The translations under genes and the position numbers were made by a program. The notes under the pieces were generated by a model. That model saw nothing but the letters and a program-made list of their open reading frames with translations. It searched no databases and had not been told where the DNA came from. A stretch of DNA of 54,523 nt, counting the filler, from Trypethelium eluteriae (lineage: Eukaryota): the NCBI GenBank assembly GCA_051942245.1. It is 4 parts of 4 records of this genome, joined end to end, with 100 filler letters (N's around TTAATTAATTAA, not from the genome) between each part and the next. Parts side by side here need not be neighbours in the genome. Positions count along the whole stretch, not along the records: positions 1 to 13,577 come from JAVECL010000729.1; 3 more parts are not named here. One strand, given 5' to 3'. Positions 1 through 10,946 of this stretch are shown here, piece after piece. Position 1 is the stretch's first letter. Each line of letters begins with the position of its first letter.

Positions 1-2876
1 AGTTGTAGGTGCGTTTATTAATCTAAATAGTATTATTATAGATTTAAATAGTCTGTATTTTATTCTAAATGCAGTTTTTATTCCTTACCTTCCTTTATGC
101 GGATAAAATTATAGGCATCTCTTTAATTTAATAATGTAAGCTACTTTACTCCAGTTAAGCAGTTTTTTAATTCTGCCGCATTAAGTAATAAATACCTATT
201 CTTAACCATAATAGCATTAAGTTTCCAGTAATTAACACATAATTGCAGTTTGTTATTCTTCTTAAAAATAAAGAGTATAGGGTGTCCTGCCAAAAACTCT
301 AATTTTTAGATAAATCCTTTCTTAAGGTTTTCTTTTAGCTATTCTTAAAGTATCTTTAATTCTTTTTATAACTAGGGATATAAAGGTCTAAAAGTAGGTT
401 ACTTCCTTAGCTTTAATTTTATTTTATAATCCCATAATTAATGCGGAAGCAGTGCTTAATCTGCCCTCCCCTTCTTAAAAAGTAGTAAGTACTCTTTATA
501 TTTAAGAGGTATTATTATAAGTTTAGCATTTTTATGCTTTATGTTATCCCTTAATTAACCTTCTACCTTTATTAAAGTATTAAATATGCTGGATTTAGTT
601 TATCCTTTTTAATTATTTTTATTTATTAATATTAAAGCCACATTATAGCTTATCCTTATTTTATCCCTAAAGCAATTCTCTGCTCCTTTAGGGTTTTGTG
701 TAATGCTGTATTTATACCTAAAGAATATAATTTTTTTTATTTCTTAATTAATATTTAGGTTATAATTTCGCAACTATAATAATCTAAGTATAATATTATA
801 CCTAATTAAATTTATAATATTAAGTTGGATTTCCTTAATATGCCCTTGCGTAATTATGGAAATAAGTTTTATTTTAATATTTACCTATTTTTATCCTACA
901 AATTATAATCCAGTAGCTTTATATAAACTGTATAGCTTTTTTTTTCCCCTAATATTAAGTCTAATCCTTCCAGTAATTATTGCTTTTATTATATTTATTA
1001 ATATATTATTATTAATTATTGCTTTAACTTATTAATTTTTAATCTTAACCTTAATCTTAAACAATCCTTTTATTGCTTTATTAGGGGATGTTATATTACA
1101 ATTTGCTTATAACCCCTTTATAAAAAGTTATTAACTTTTCCCTTTTCTTTTATTATCTTTTTAGCAGTTTTATAGCATTCTTGTTATTCCAGTTTTATAT
1201 TTTTATAATCTAAGTAATATTTATAACAATTTAGATTATTGTATTAATATTTTACATAATAATCTGCTTACTTTTAGTAGTACTTAATACATACAGTGCT
1301 AACATATTTTAGCCAGTCTATTATTTTATATATAGATAGGTTATAGGGTGGTTTTGGATATAATCCCTGCTGGGATTAACTCCTTCCTTAAGCTATATTA
1401 TTGCTTAATTTATAATATGGGCATATTTCCTTTTTTCTGCAGAATTTTTTATTAAGTAAGTTATAATTACTTTCCTGCTTTTAATAGAATTTACAGCTTT
1501 TTATCCCACATATTATAAAATGCTAAAATTAGTGTTATAACTTTTTTTTATTTTATTCCTTTACTTATTAATACTTTGTATATACATTATTTTAACATTC
1601 CTCCTATTTAATTATCTAATTATAATTAGGATGTTGTGAGAGTTTATAGACTTCTTTTTAATATTAAAAATTTCTTTGCTTTTAATCCCACATAATTAGT
1701 AAAAGTTTAGGTTTTACACTTACATACGCCTTATAAATATTGCATTTTTGTAATAAATATTATCTTAAGAGTTAATAATTTAAGTAATCCTCTATTTTGG
1801 ACACTAAATGCATGTAATATTTATATTTTTTTTAAGTTGCTTCTTCTCCTTGGATTATGTACATAAGTATTTATAAATCCTCTTAGCTGTTTATAGGATT
1901 AATAACTTCTTCTTATAAAGTACTTTCTTCCTCTGCATTAGATTTGTTGTTAATTATTTAATACTAAAAAATATTTAAATTCCTAATATTATTATTACTT
2001 ATTGGTTTATTAATAATAATTTTATCTTCTCCTAAATAGACTTGGGTTGCTATATTAAATTTTTTTCTGTAATCCACTTTATTCTTAGATTAATAATTTT
2101 TTATTATATGCCCTAATTTTTTATAGGCATAGCACTTTTTTTTTATTTGGGCACTTCTTTCCTTCTTACTTTGCATAAAGTTGGAGTATTAAATTCCTTT
2201 TATTAATTTATTATTATTATAATATTAAGTAATCCCTTTTATTCTTCCTATTAGAATGTATAAGGCTAATTATTTTTTTATACACTTTGTGTAAAGTTTA
2301 TTATCTAATTTAATTAAAGCATTAATAAGTTCTTATAATATATTAATAAAGCTGCTATAGCATATTAATTTATCCTTAATATTGTCTTTAAGTCCTCTTT
2401 AATACATAGGTTGTAATACTTTATTATTTTATTTTAATTTGTTAGAATACTTTTAGAACTTAGCTGCATAATCCGCTGTTAAAGTTTTTTATACCAGATT
2501 CTAAACTGCTTACTTTGTTATCTTAACTTTATTAGAGATCCCAAAAATCTGTCTAAGCTTTTTCTTAAATTAAGGGAATTTTATAAAAAGATTATTAGGG
2601 TCTTTTAAGTTATTAAAATATAAAGTTAATTTGGGTTTTATTCAGTATTAGGCCTATCCTCTTAAGTATAATAAGGCTATTAAAGTCTATTAATTATCTA
2701 GGATTTTTTTAAACAAGAAGTGGAGTTGGATTTAGCATAGCCATTCTTCTAACTTGCTTCTTTCCCTAAAGTACTTATTAGGTTATCCCACTTTACCTTC
2801 CTTTAATAGGGCTTTGGTGCGGGACTCCAGCCGTGGAGTAGATCCTAATTAACTTATCCTTAAGGGCGTTTTATTG

Positions 2877-3379
2877 TGTTATAAGCCTATACCCCCTAGT
2901 ATAAGCACAGCTTATAGCAGGTATGTAGAAGGGTCTTAGGGGTTTTTTACATAGGAGCGGAGTGTTAAGGATCCAATAATGTAAGAAGGGTCACTAAGCT
3001 TTAAACAACTTAATAATAAATAAGGTCTTATTTAATTTAGCTCGCAATTAACTATAAGTATAGCTAGGTATAATAATAGTAATAAAACGCAAGGAGACCT
3101 CTATTAAAGGGCGATATAATGCTTATACTTATACCCACAACTTTTATAGTCTGCTCAGCAATCTCCTTATTACGCTTGCGACTAAGTAATAGTGCTCAGT
3201 ACTAAGCATTATTGCTCAGTACCAATTACTGTTGCTCAGTACTGATCACCGCTGCTCAGTACTGATCATTCCAGGCTACTACTGATCGTTCGGTTAAACT
3301 CCGGTTTCTTACCCTTGTTATGTACGGTGTTTCGTGCCGCGGACCCCGCCACTCTCTCACAATAACAACGTTTATAACA
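2877..3379 (-). repeat. 5' LTR of the Gypsy element
   Basis: Begins TGTTATAA and ends TTATAACA. Its first ~200 bp match 3415-3600 apart from mainly C>T/G>A differences. The right boundary could instead be 3367. Confidence 0.75.
3181..3290. repeat. 20-bp tandem repeat inside the LTR (TGCTCAGTACTGATCA core, ~5 copies)
   Basis: TGCTCAGTAC recurs with a 20-nt period at 3193, 3213, 3233 and 3253. Confidence 0.85.
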
Positions 3380-3414
3380 CTTTATAAGAAGTTTTTAACT
3401 TTTCCCTCTTCTTT

Positions 3415-3910
3415 TGTTATGAGCCTATACCCCCTGGTACAAGCACAGCTTGTAGCAGGTACGTAGAAGGGTCTCAGAGTTTTTTACGTAGGAGCGGAGC
3501 GTCAAGGATCCAATAATATAAGAAGGGTCACTAAGCTTTGAACAACTTAACAATGAATAAGGTCTTGTCCAATTTGGCTTATAACTAACTGTAGGTACAG
3601 TTTTGGTATAATAATAAAACGCGAGGAAGTTAGTTAAGCTGGTTTCCTCCTACATATATATACTTGTGATTCCTTTAATCACAGCTGTTATCCTTCTGAT
3701 CAGATCTCTACTAATCTTGAGCTGATTATTACTAATCAGTGTGATAACCTGTGATCCGTGGGTGATCATCCTAGATCGCTTTACCCTGATCTGTGGTTTA
3801 TCACCACTAATCAGTTACGTGACCTTTTACTCATTACGACCTGTCTGTGGAACGCTTGCAGCAAGTACAAAGGAGATGGCGTTCAGCCTTGACGCAGCTG
3901 GGTCGTAACA
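3415..3910 (-). mobile_element. Second (solo) Gypsy-type LTR related to the first
   Basis: TGTTATGAG...GTCGTAACA termini, 496 bp. Left ~200 bp homologous to 2877-3065; remainder not alignable by eye. No clear target-site duplication. Confidence 0.75.
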
Positions 3911-4434
3911 ATTTATAAGGATAACCTTCTTATAATTAAGTTCTTAAAGCAGAATAAAGTTAACCACTGTAATAAACACATTAATATTAAATAACACGCG
4001 GTAAAGTAGGAAATTAAAAATAAAAAAGTAATAATACATTACATTAACACCAAAAAGCAGGTGGCGGATGGCTTTATAAAGGCTTTGGATAGGCAAGTCT
4101 TTAACTGTTTTGTGAAGTTATTAGGCATAGTAAACATCACAAAGAATACACCTTCTCTTAATAAACAATAAGGCTATACTAATTAAGGGGGTATAATAAT
4201 GTTTATAATGTTCTTTATAAAGTTGATCCAATTAACCTAGCCTACCGCGTAATCTCGCTATGCTCTACACGAGGGTCAATACGCGAGATTCTCAAACCTA
4301 CTACATAGGTCCTCATTTTACTATTTAATTAGGTTTTTACTGTCCTCAATTTCGATGAGGTTTATATAGAGCCCTTACCTCAGGTTACACAGAGAAATTA
4401 ATCGAGTCCTTTTCTCCGAAAACGGTGTCTAACA
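3911..4434 (+). mobile_element. RIP-degenerated Ty1/Copia 3' end (RNase H, PPT, probable 3' LTR)
   Basis: Translates as IYKDN...NKHINIK*HAVK*EIKNKKVIIHYINTKKQVADGFIKALDRQVFNCFVKLLGI, matching the Copia RNase H motifs KHIDI and ADGLTK. PPT-like AAGGGGG at ~4185-4191, then a ~240-bp segment ending TAACA at 4434. Confidence 0.85.
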
Positions 4435-4439
4435 TCATC

Positions 4440-5330
4440 ACAACCATCCACCTCTCCTCCTACTCGCGCTTTCCCGCCTCCTCCTACTTCCGCCTCAACT
4501 TGCCCTATTTCCCCCTCCACTGCCAATGTCCCGGCATCTGTTCCACCTCAGTACTATAGCGCTTCGCCTCTTCTTCGCGCTCCTCCTGGCGTATCAGGTA
4601 CCTCTAGTGGCTCTGGACTTACGGATAGCGGACCCAACAACTCCACCGCCACGGCCATCACGTCCACCCCGTCCACCCCGTCCAGCGCAAGCAACCGGAG
4701 GAGAGAGGCCTCGCATTACGCGCACGCTGCGTCCCCGCAGGATGCGGCCGCCTAGAATGCGAGTCTGAGGACGCCTGCGTCAACTCGTAGCACGCGTGCC
4801 CGGCGTCGGGACGTTGGTGGACAGGCCGGACGTCGCGGTGGTTGTGGTAGTCTCTAAGAAAGAACTTGTGAGCGGCCGGCGGCAGTGGAAGTTTGCTCGG
4901 GTGTCTATGGGAGGGCGGCAGGACAGGGTTCGCCGTGACGGCCGCGTCGCGCTGCCGAGGCGAGGTTGTCGCGGGAGGTGAAACCAATTGACTCGCTTTC
5001 GATCGCGTTGGCCTCCATCCAGGCGACCAAGAAGCTCAGAGCTTCAGGGTAGATTCGGCCATCAAGAACGATATTCCTTAAGCCGAATTTGCCCTTCAAG
5101 CTTGCGCGAGCAGTGTTGCAAAATTGCCTTACGGCTTCGCGGCTCACTTGAGCGACCAGTACTTGTCCGTTGGGGGCCCCGCCATCTAGCTGGGGCTCCT
5201 TGACCGCGATGTCAATATATCTGGAGCATTTTGTCCGATCGATGAATATCGTTCTCTTCATGACGGAGGCTGGCACCGGTGCTTGAGCTGTCGTCGCTCG
5301 TTGGGAAGCCGCCTGACGCTGGGCACCCAC
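4440..5330 (-). pseudogene. Frameshifted hypothetical gene (possible BTB-like N-terminal region, RGG-rich C-terminus)
   Basis: Overlapping ORFs 4905-5330 and 4658-4987 in different frames, then a third frame with GRGGRGGRDGRGG. Family assignment is only an impression. Confidence 0.3.
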
Positions 5331-6151
5331 TTGTGATATGGATTTGATGCCACTGGAGTCTAGAACTTAAGAGAGTGAAGTATGTGAACATTTCAATTTG
5401 TGTGGAATGCGTTATGAGAGAATGTCTCAAGTAAGTGATGTATTATCCAGAGTGGATAACTCTGAAGGGGTTGCTAATTGTCCAACCAGGTCTGCTGGCG
5501 AAGGCCGTCTACGCAGGAGGCTGAACTCGCTGAGGGTGAGGTTTCATAGATGGATCGATGAATTACGACCGACGTGACCTGCGTGTAACACTGTCACGGG
5601 CCAAAATTAACTACAATAGGCCAAAGTTAGATCGGGTGAAACAGCGTGATTTCAGACCAGCCCAGAACCGTGTACCAGCCCTGTGCTGTGAAGGACGAGC
5701 TCTTTGCGAACCTCCATGCTGAGGTTGATTAACACTAACCTGGTCAAAGCTATTATGAACACGGGTCACGAAGCCATCTACCGTAGTGACCACAGCTAAT
5801 AATGGGCGTATGCAGCCGCCCTACCACGTATTGTGGAATTGTGAATACAAGACGTGATGCACAGGAACCACCAGGACTTCTGGATTGAGATACTATCATG
5901 ATAGACTGACTATCCCAGAGTGCCTGTATCGAAGATTTACTGAACCCTCAGGACCCACATGCTGCTCACATGGATAGCTGACTGATGAAAACAAAGGAAG
6001 ATTGTGTAAAGGACAAGGGAAATCTTGCTGGAGCGCGTCCAGCGCACTACAAGGGGTAAAGACTGAAATCTCGTCCTCAAATAATTGAGCAGCTCAACTG
6101 CCATATCTCTTTCCTGCCTTCCATCCCTTCCCTCTGCTTCCTTTACTTCCT

Positions 6152-7462
6152 TTACTTCCTCCGCCCCCCTCCGCCTCCACCCCTTCCTGTACTTCCTGTA
6201 CTTCCTCCCACTCTACCTCTTTTTGCACTTTCTCCCGGCTGCCCGCCACCCGACCGATGCTCTTCCACCGTTTCCATCATTTTCCCCAGCTCCTTGACCT
6301 GATCAGAGCCCTCACTCGGCCTACGAGACGATGATTCAGAAGGCGCATAGAGCATCTGTTGTCCTCCTGGCCACTCCTGCCCGGGCGTGCCCGTTCTACC
6401 ACCCGTGCGAGAAGGACTGCCAACACTCAGTGGCTGCTGAGTAAGGCCTGAGGATGCTTGGGATTTGTACCCTCGGAAGTCGAACAGCGCTCCCATACCT
6501 TGTGAACTGGGGCTAGGGCTGGGACTCCTGGAGCCGGTGGTGCCTGTTGCGTGTCCACTTTCGCTACGCACGCGTTGGAGTGGGTGCGGAATTTCTCTGC
6601 GAGAGCTGGACCCTGCTGCTGCAGTTCCCGACGGGCCTGCAATGGGAGAAGAGCCAGACGGGAAAGATGTGGTATGAGATTGTGCGGCTCGCCCCATCTC
6701 TCGTTCCTCGTCCCGTTTCTGTTCGATCTGGTCCTCAACCCAATTCTTTAAATCCTGTTGAACCGCTTCCCCAGGGAAGAAGTCATCTATTTCATTCCCG
6801 GTATGTCCGAACTGGTCATAGACGATGTAGGTGGCCAGTTTCTCGGCTATGCGTGCCTTTGTGTCTCTTCTAATCTCTTCTGACTCCAATTCGCCGAAAG
6901 GGGTGTTGAGGAGACTGTCCTGCTGAGCCTCAACTGGCATTTTGGAAATTCTATCAGATGCCTCTTCTATTGTGAGCATGCGCCTGACAATTGGCCAATC
7001 TTTCACAGTGAGATTTTCAACACTCAGAGTAAAGTCATATCGGTCCTGTTCCGGCATGCGCATTGCTTCCAGGCCGGTTAAGTGCCTATAGAGCTTCCTT
7101 TTCATTTCCCTTGCTTCCGTGGCAAAAAAATGCTTCTCCACATAGTGCTCCAACGAAGGTATATCCTGCTGAAATTCTTTGATTATCGTCTAGATGAGTC
7201 TTGGCTTCCAGTTTTCTTCGGTGTGGTGAACAGCACCCTTTTTGACCATTTCCTTTCGCGTTCGTTTGCGTAGATCTGCGGGCACATTTTCAAGTAGTCG
7301 GTCCTGCATTTTACGATAGGATGACACTCTCAAAATGATTTCTGCACAACCTTTCGAGTTCTCCTATTTTCCAAGAATACGAACTTCAGCGCGCTCTTTG
7401 ACGCGCGGCACATTGGCTTGCCTTTCTCGCTCTAATTCCGAATGCCTGTCAGGTTGACTCAT
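6152..7462 (-). pseudogene. Hypothetical ~436-codon gene interrupted by two in-frame TAG codons
   Basis: ATG at 7462 is in frame with the 333-aa ORF 6152-7153. The frame is broken only by TAG at 7364-7366 and 7190-7192. C-terminus is low-complexity Ser/Gly. Confidence 0.6.
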
Positions 7463-8865
7463 TGCTTCGGATAGTGGCGTTCAATATATGATATCACAAA
7501 ATACGGCTTGAAGCTAGAAACCCAGATCACATGGAAAAGAACTACTATAAGAAATTTGTCGTTCGTATCTGCCGACCAATGTCGGGGATACAAGGGCCAA
7601 GAAGAGGGTTCAGCCGGTAAAAACAGGCAAACAATAGCAAGCTGGTATAAGGAGTAAGAAGAAACCTGCAATGGTCCAAGGACTGCGCCCTTCTTGTAGG
7701 TGAGATTGAGCTATGAATGGAGCAAACGAAGGGTAATCGGGTTCACTCAAGTATTGAATCATGTTTGCTTTGGCGAAGAATGAATCTTTTACGCTGGCAT
7801 GACCTTCATCGCCAGCAAACTTTTAGATGAAACCCTATCACCGATTTACTTGACTGCGTGAGCCGTCAGATAAGAACTATGGATTGCAAGTCAACATCTT
7901 ATTTGCATTCTCCCCCTAGACTTGAGTCGCTGTCATTCACAAAGTGCTAGAGGTCATGCTGACAACTTTAGCTGCGAATGATTTACTTTACTCCCCCTTT
8001 CCATCTTTGTCGTAACATCTGATAGATATGGCTTGTTCAATGTAGCCTCAACTTCTGGCGGGACGTGAGACTATGACGATCAGCATCCATCCAGACTCCC
8101 AGCCATCTTCTTCGATCGAAGGTCCTGCTGAAACGACCGCTCGAATGCACTCCTTTCGGTTTCAAGGATGACGCCAATTCGCTTCAGGCCGTCTTTGGGA
8201 GTGAATTCATGAATATTCACCAGCCCGTATCTCTGTAATTGATCTTCACCCCATAGAAACAGCCTGAGGGCCTCCTACAACCAATACATTGCATCGTTCC
8301 ACCTCTGCGTCGACAACTACACCGATCTCTAGGATCCATTCGGTCCGCTGACACCTTCTCTTTGCAATGCGTCCGTGACGAGCGCGGTCGACCATACACC
8401 CAGAAGGCGCAGCTCCGCGTCAAACGCAAATGGCTCAAGCTGGTAAGTCATACTCGTTATTAGACCATTGATCTCCCAAACCTTAGGCTAATTCTGCCAC
8501 CTTTTCCTTGGCATTCGCCGACAAATTTGGTCTTCCTGTGTCGCAGCCGGAAGGTGGCCGTGTCGGTCGCTGAGGAAGATATCAACAGTTCTCATCTCGG
8601 TGGGCTGCCAAGTTGACACATTGCTGAGAAGGCCATAGAAATGGTCGATGAAGACGGAGCCAGTGGCTCAGTTCGAGCGCTCAAAGCCGGCAGAAAGTTG
8701 GATACCCTGCGCCGTGTCGTTTTCGACGTTCGACTGGGCGATGATTGAAAGGATCTCATTGTAGTATGAGGAACCCCGAAGCGCTTGCCACGTGTCGAGC
8801 TACGCGAACACAAGCGCGGACCAAGCTGTTGTGCTAATCATAGGGCTTAACAGTACCCAATCGAG

Positions 8866-9050
8866 TACCTTACCGCGGCTGGGGGGTTCCTCAACTGGTA
8901 ATTAATACAATGTTACCTCAGTTTAGCTGCCATGACCATGTTGGCCTATGTTAAGGCGATGTTAGCATGGACCAACAAGATTATAACAGTAGAGTCGAAA
9001 TAATATTGTATTAATTACCAGTTGAGGAACCCCCCAGCCATGGTAAGGTA
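8866..9050. mobile_element. MITE, Tc1/mariner-type, fold-back
   Basis: TA at 8866-67 and 9049-50 flanks ~48-bp terminal inverted repeats (CCTTACC(GC/AT)GGCTGGGGGGTTCCTCAACTGGTAATTAATACAAT) with 3 mismatches. 181 bp, no coding capacity. Confidence 0.9.
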
Positions 9051-9713
9051 GTATTGTCGATGGCTTGGCCAGGTATGGATGGGACTGCATGAATACTGCA
9101 ATTTACAGGAGGCTAGGGGCATTCGTCTAGATCATCGACTGAAGGCAGGCCCGCGGGCCGCGGTATGTCGGTCAATGGGCGGATCTGTGAACCAACGCAG
9201 CAGGCGTAGATTATTTCGGTACCTTATGGACACCCTCCGCTCTGCTTGTAGCTTCCCTACCAGCTTAAGTAATGTGACGACCTTGACTTTGTACATATTC
9301 GCCTATGATTGTGCAATTTGACCAGGAGCGGATCTCAGTAAAAGAGCCAAAATTCTGGGACCAATTGTTCCTCTGTTATTTTGCAGGCAAAGATAGGACG
9401 AAACTAATGTCGTTGCTCCACATTGAACTTCATTCAGCGTGAGTTAGGGGCAAAACACCAAGATCTAGTTAAATGCCTTATACATATAATTGATTTTGAA
9501 AGGTAGCTTGGTAACTGAATGACGTTCAAGAAGTACTGTTCAACCCTATTTCTAGATGGCCGTTGCTGTTTCATCTCTATCTGGTTTGGGGCCGCTCTGT
9601 AAAAATTTTATGAAAAATCAGGTTCTGACTTAGTACAGTTACAATTCATTACCAGGACAAAAAAAAATCAAACCAGATGAGCCTATGATAACCGAATTAC
9701 TAACATCGCTACC

Positions 9714-10946
9714 TCAGATTCCTACCCAATCATAACACGGTAGTTTCCAGTTTGTCTCTGACTCGCCCTGAAAGAGTTTGTATATCTTTGTCTTGCTCAC
9801 AAACCACAAGGCAGAGTCTCTTAGGCGAAGGCCCCAGGCGGTCTGTGGAAATGCAATCTGTGGGAAACCGGGTGGAAGGTCTTCCATTTTTGCGTAGATG
9901 GGTCGGAAGACTTCCTCGTATCTCTCCAGAGCCTGTGGAATGTCATTGCTGCTCCGTATCTTCGAGAGTTCTCCCGCGAGCACATAAGCACTCTCAATAG
10001 CAAGGTCCGTTCCAACACCAAAGGTTGCGAAGGCTGCATCCCCCACCACGGCAGCACGTCCGTTCGTCCACTTCGAAAGCTTCACCTGCGCCGCTCGGCT
10101 CATATAAAAGTCTTCTGCATCATCCATGCCTTCCAACACCCGCTTTGCTTCCCAGCCTGCGTTTTCAAAGTAGTTGTGGAGCATACGTTTGGTGTCTTCC
10201 GTTCCATTTTCCAAAGCCTCTTCGACGGCTGGATCCCGTTTCCCTCGTGCTGGCATCGTAATGCATAGGTATGTTCCCATAGTAGAAGGGTTCCGATGTG
10301 GACGTAACATGATGCTGAGGCCTTTCGGGATATTATACCATTGCCAGTGCTTTGGGTCATCCGGTCGACTCGGAATGCTAAAGAATGCAATATACTGGCC
10401 TAAGAAATTGTAGCTATCCTTGAGAACTTGCTCGTCCAGGATTAGCGGTCGAGTCTTCGAAGTAGATCCATCTGCAGCGACAACTAAATGAAATTTGTCT
10501 TTTGATCCGCTGGTGAAGGTCACGTTGACATCTCTATCAGTCTGTTCGAGAGATTTGACAGAATCACCATACATATAGCGGATATTACCCAGACTCTCAG
10601 TAGCCTTGAGGAAGAGCTCTGAGAGATCTGCTCTTAGGATTTCGATCGAAGAAGTGAAAGCATCGCCGGCGTTAAATTGAGCAAAATATTTTCCCGAGGG
10701 CTTCAGAATTCTTGTGCCTTCTTCTGTCGTATGTCGTGAGCGAATAGCCTCCTCCAAGTTCATCCCCTTGACGATTTCGATTGCTGGACCATGGATGTCA
10801 ATCGACTGCCCGGTGACTCTCGGAGAAGGTGATCGTTCGACGATTGTAATGGATATATCATGACGTGTTCTGGAGAGCCAGTATGCGAGACATGGACCTG
10901 CAATGCCTGCCCCCACTACGAGGACCTTCAATTCGAGATTTGACAT
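9714..10946 (-). CDS. FAD-dependent monooxygenase/oxidoreductase (FAD_binding_3 type), intronless, 410 aa
   Basis: N-terminal VLVVGAGIAG Rossmann motif, LVVAADG (DG motif), VVGDAA (GD motif). Confidence 0.92.
   Translation of the reverse strand: MSNLELKVLVVGAGIAGPCLAYWLSRTRHDISITIVERSPSPRVTGQSIDIHGPAIEIVKGMNLEEAIRSRHTTEEGTRILKPSGKYFAQFNAGDAFTSSIEILRADLSELFLKATESLGNIRYMYGDSVKSLEQTDRDVNVTFTSGSKDKFHLVVAADGSTSKTRPLILDEQVLKDSYNFLGQYIAFFSIPSRPDDPKHWQWYNIPKGLSIMLRPHRNPSTMGTYLCITMPARGKRDPAVEEALENGTEDTKRMLHNYFENAGWEAKRVLEGMDDAEDFYMSRAAQVKLSKWTNGRAAVVGDAAFATFGVGTDLAIESAYVLAGELSKIRSSNDIPQALERYEEVFRPIYAKMEDLPPGFPQIAFPQTAWGLRLRDSALWFVSKTKIYKLFQGESETNWKLPCYDWVGI

Larger units (their letters stand above)
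1..3379 (-). mobile_element. RIP-degenerated Ty3/Gypsy LTR retrotransposon (5' LTR, gag and part of pol; truncated at window start)
   Basis: Very AT- and TpA-rich. Minus-strand translation near 180-320 gives [44 protein letters not shown], a RIP-mutated form of the Gypsy RT motif KGFIRPS.SPAG.PILFV.KKDG.LRLCVDYR.LN..T.KNRYPLP. Gag-like remnant near 2720-2800. Ends in a TG...CA LTR. Confidence 0.9.

Noticed and set aside
3181..3290. Regularly spaced repeats superficially like a CRISPR array
   Set aside because: Eukaryotic LTR context, 20-bp period with no unique spacers, no cas genes.
8200..8820. Coding-like plus-strand fragment with a GTAAGT intron and several TGA/TAG stops
   Set aside because: Probably another decayed gene, but no family could be recognised and boundaries are unclear.
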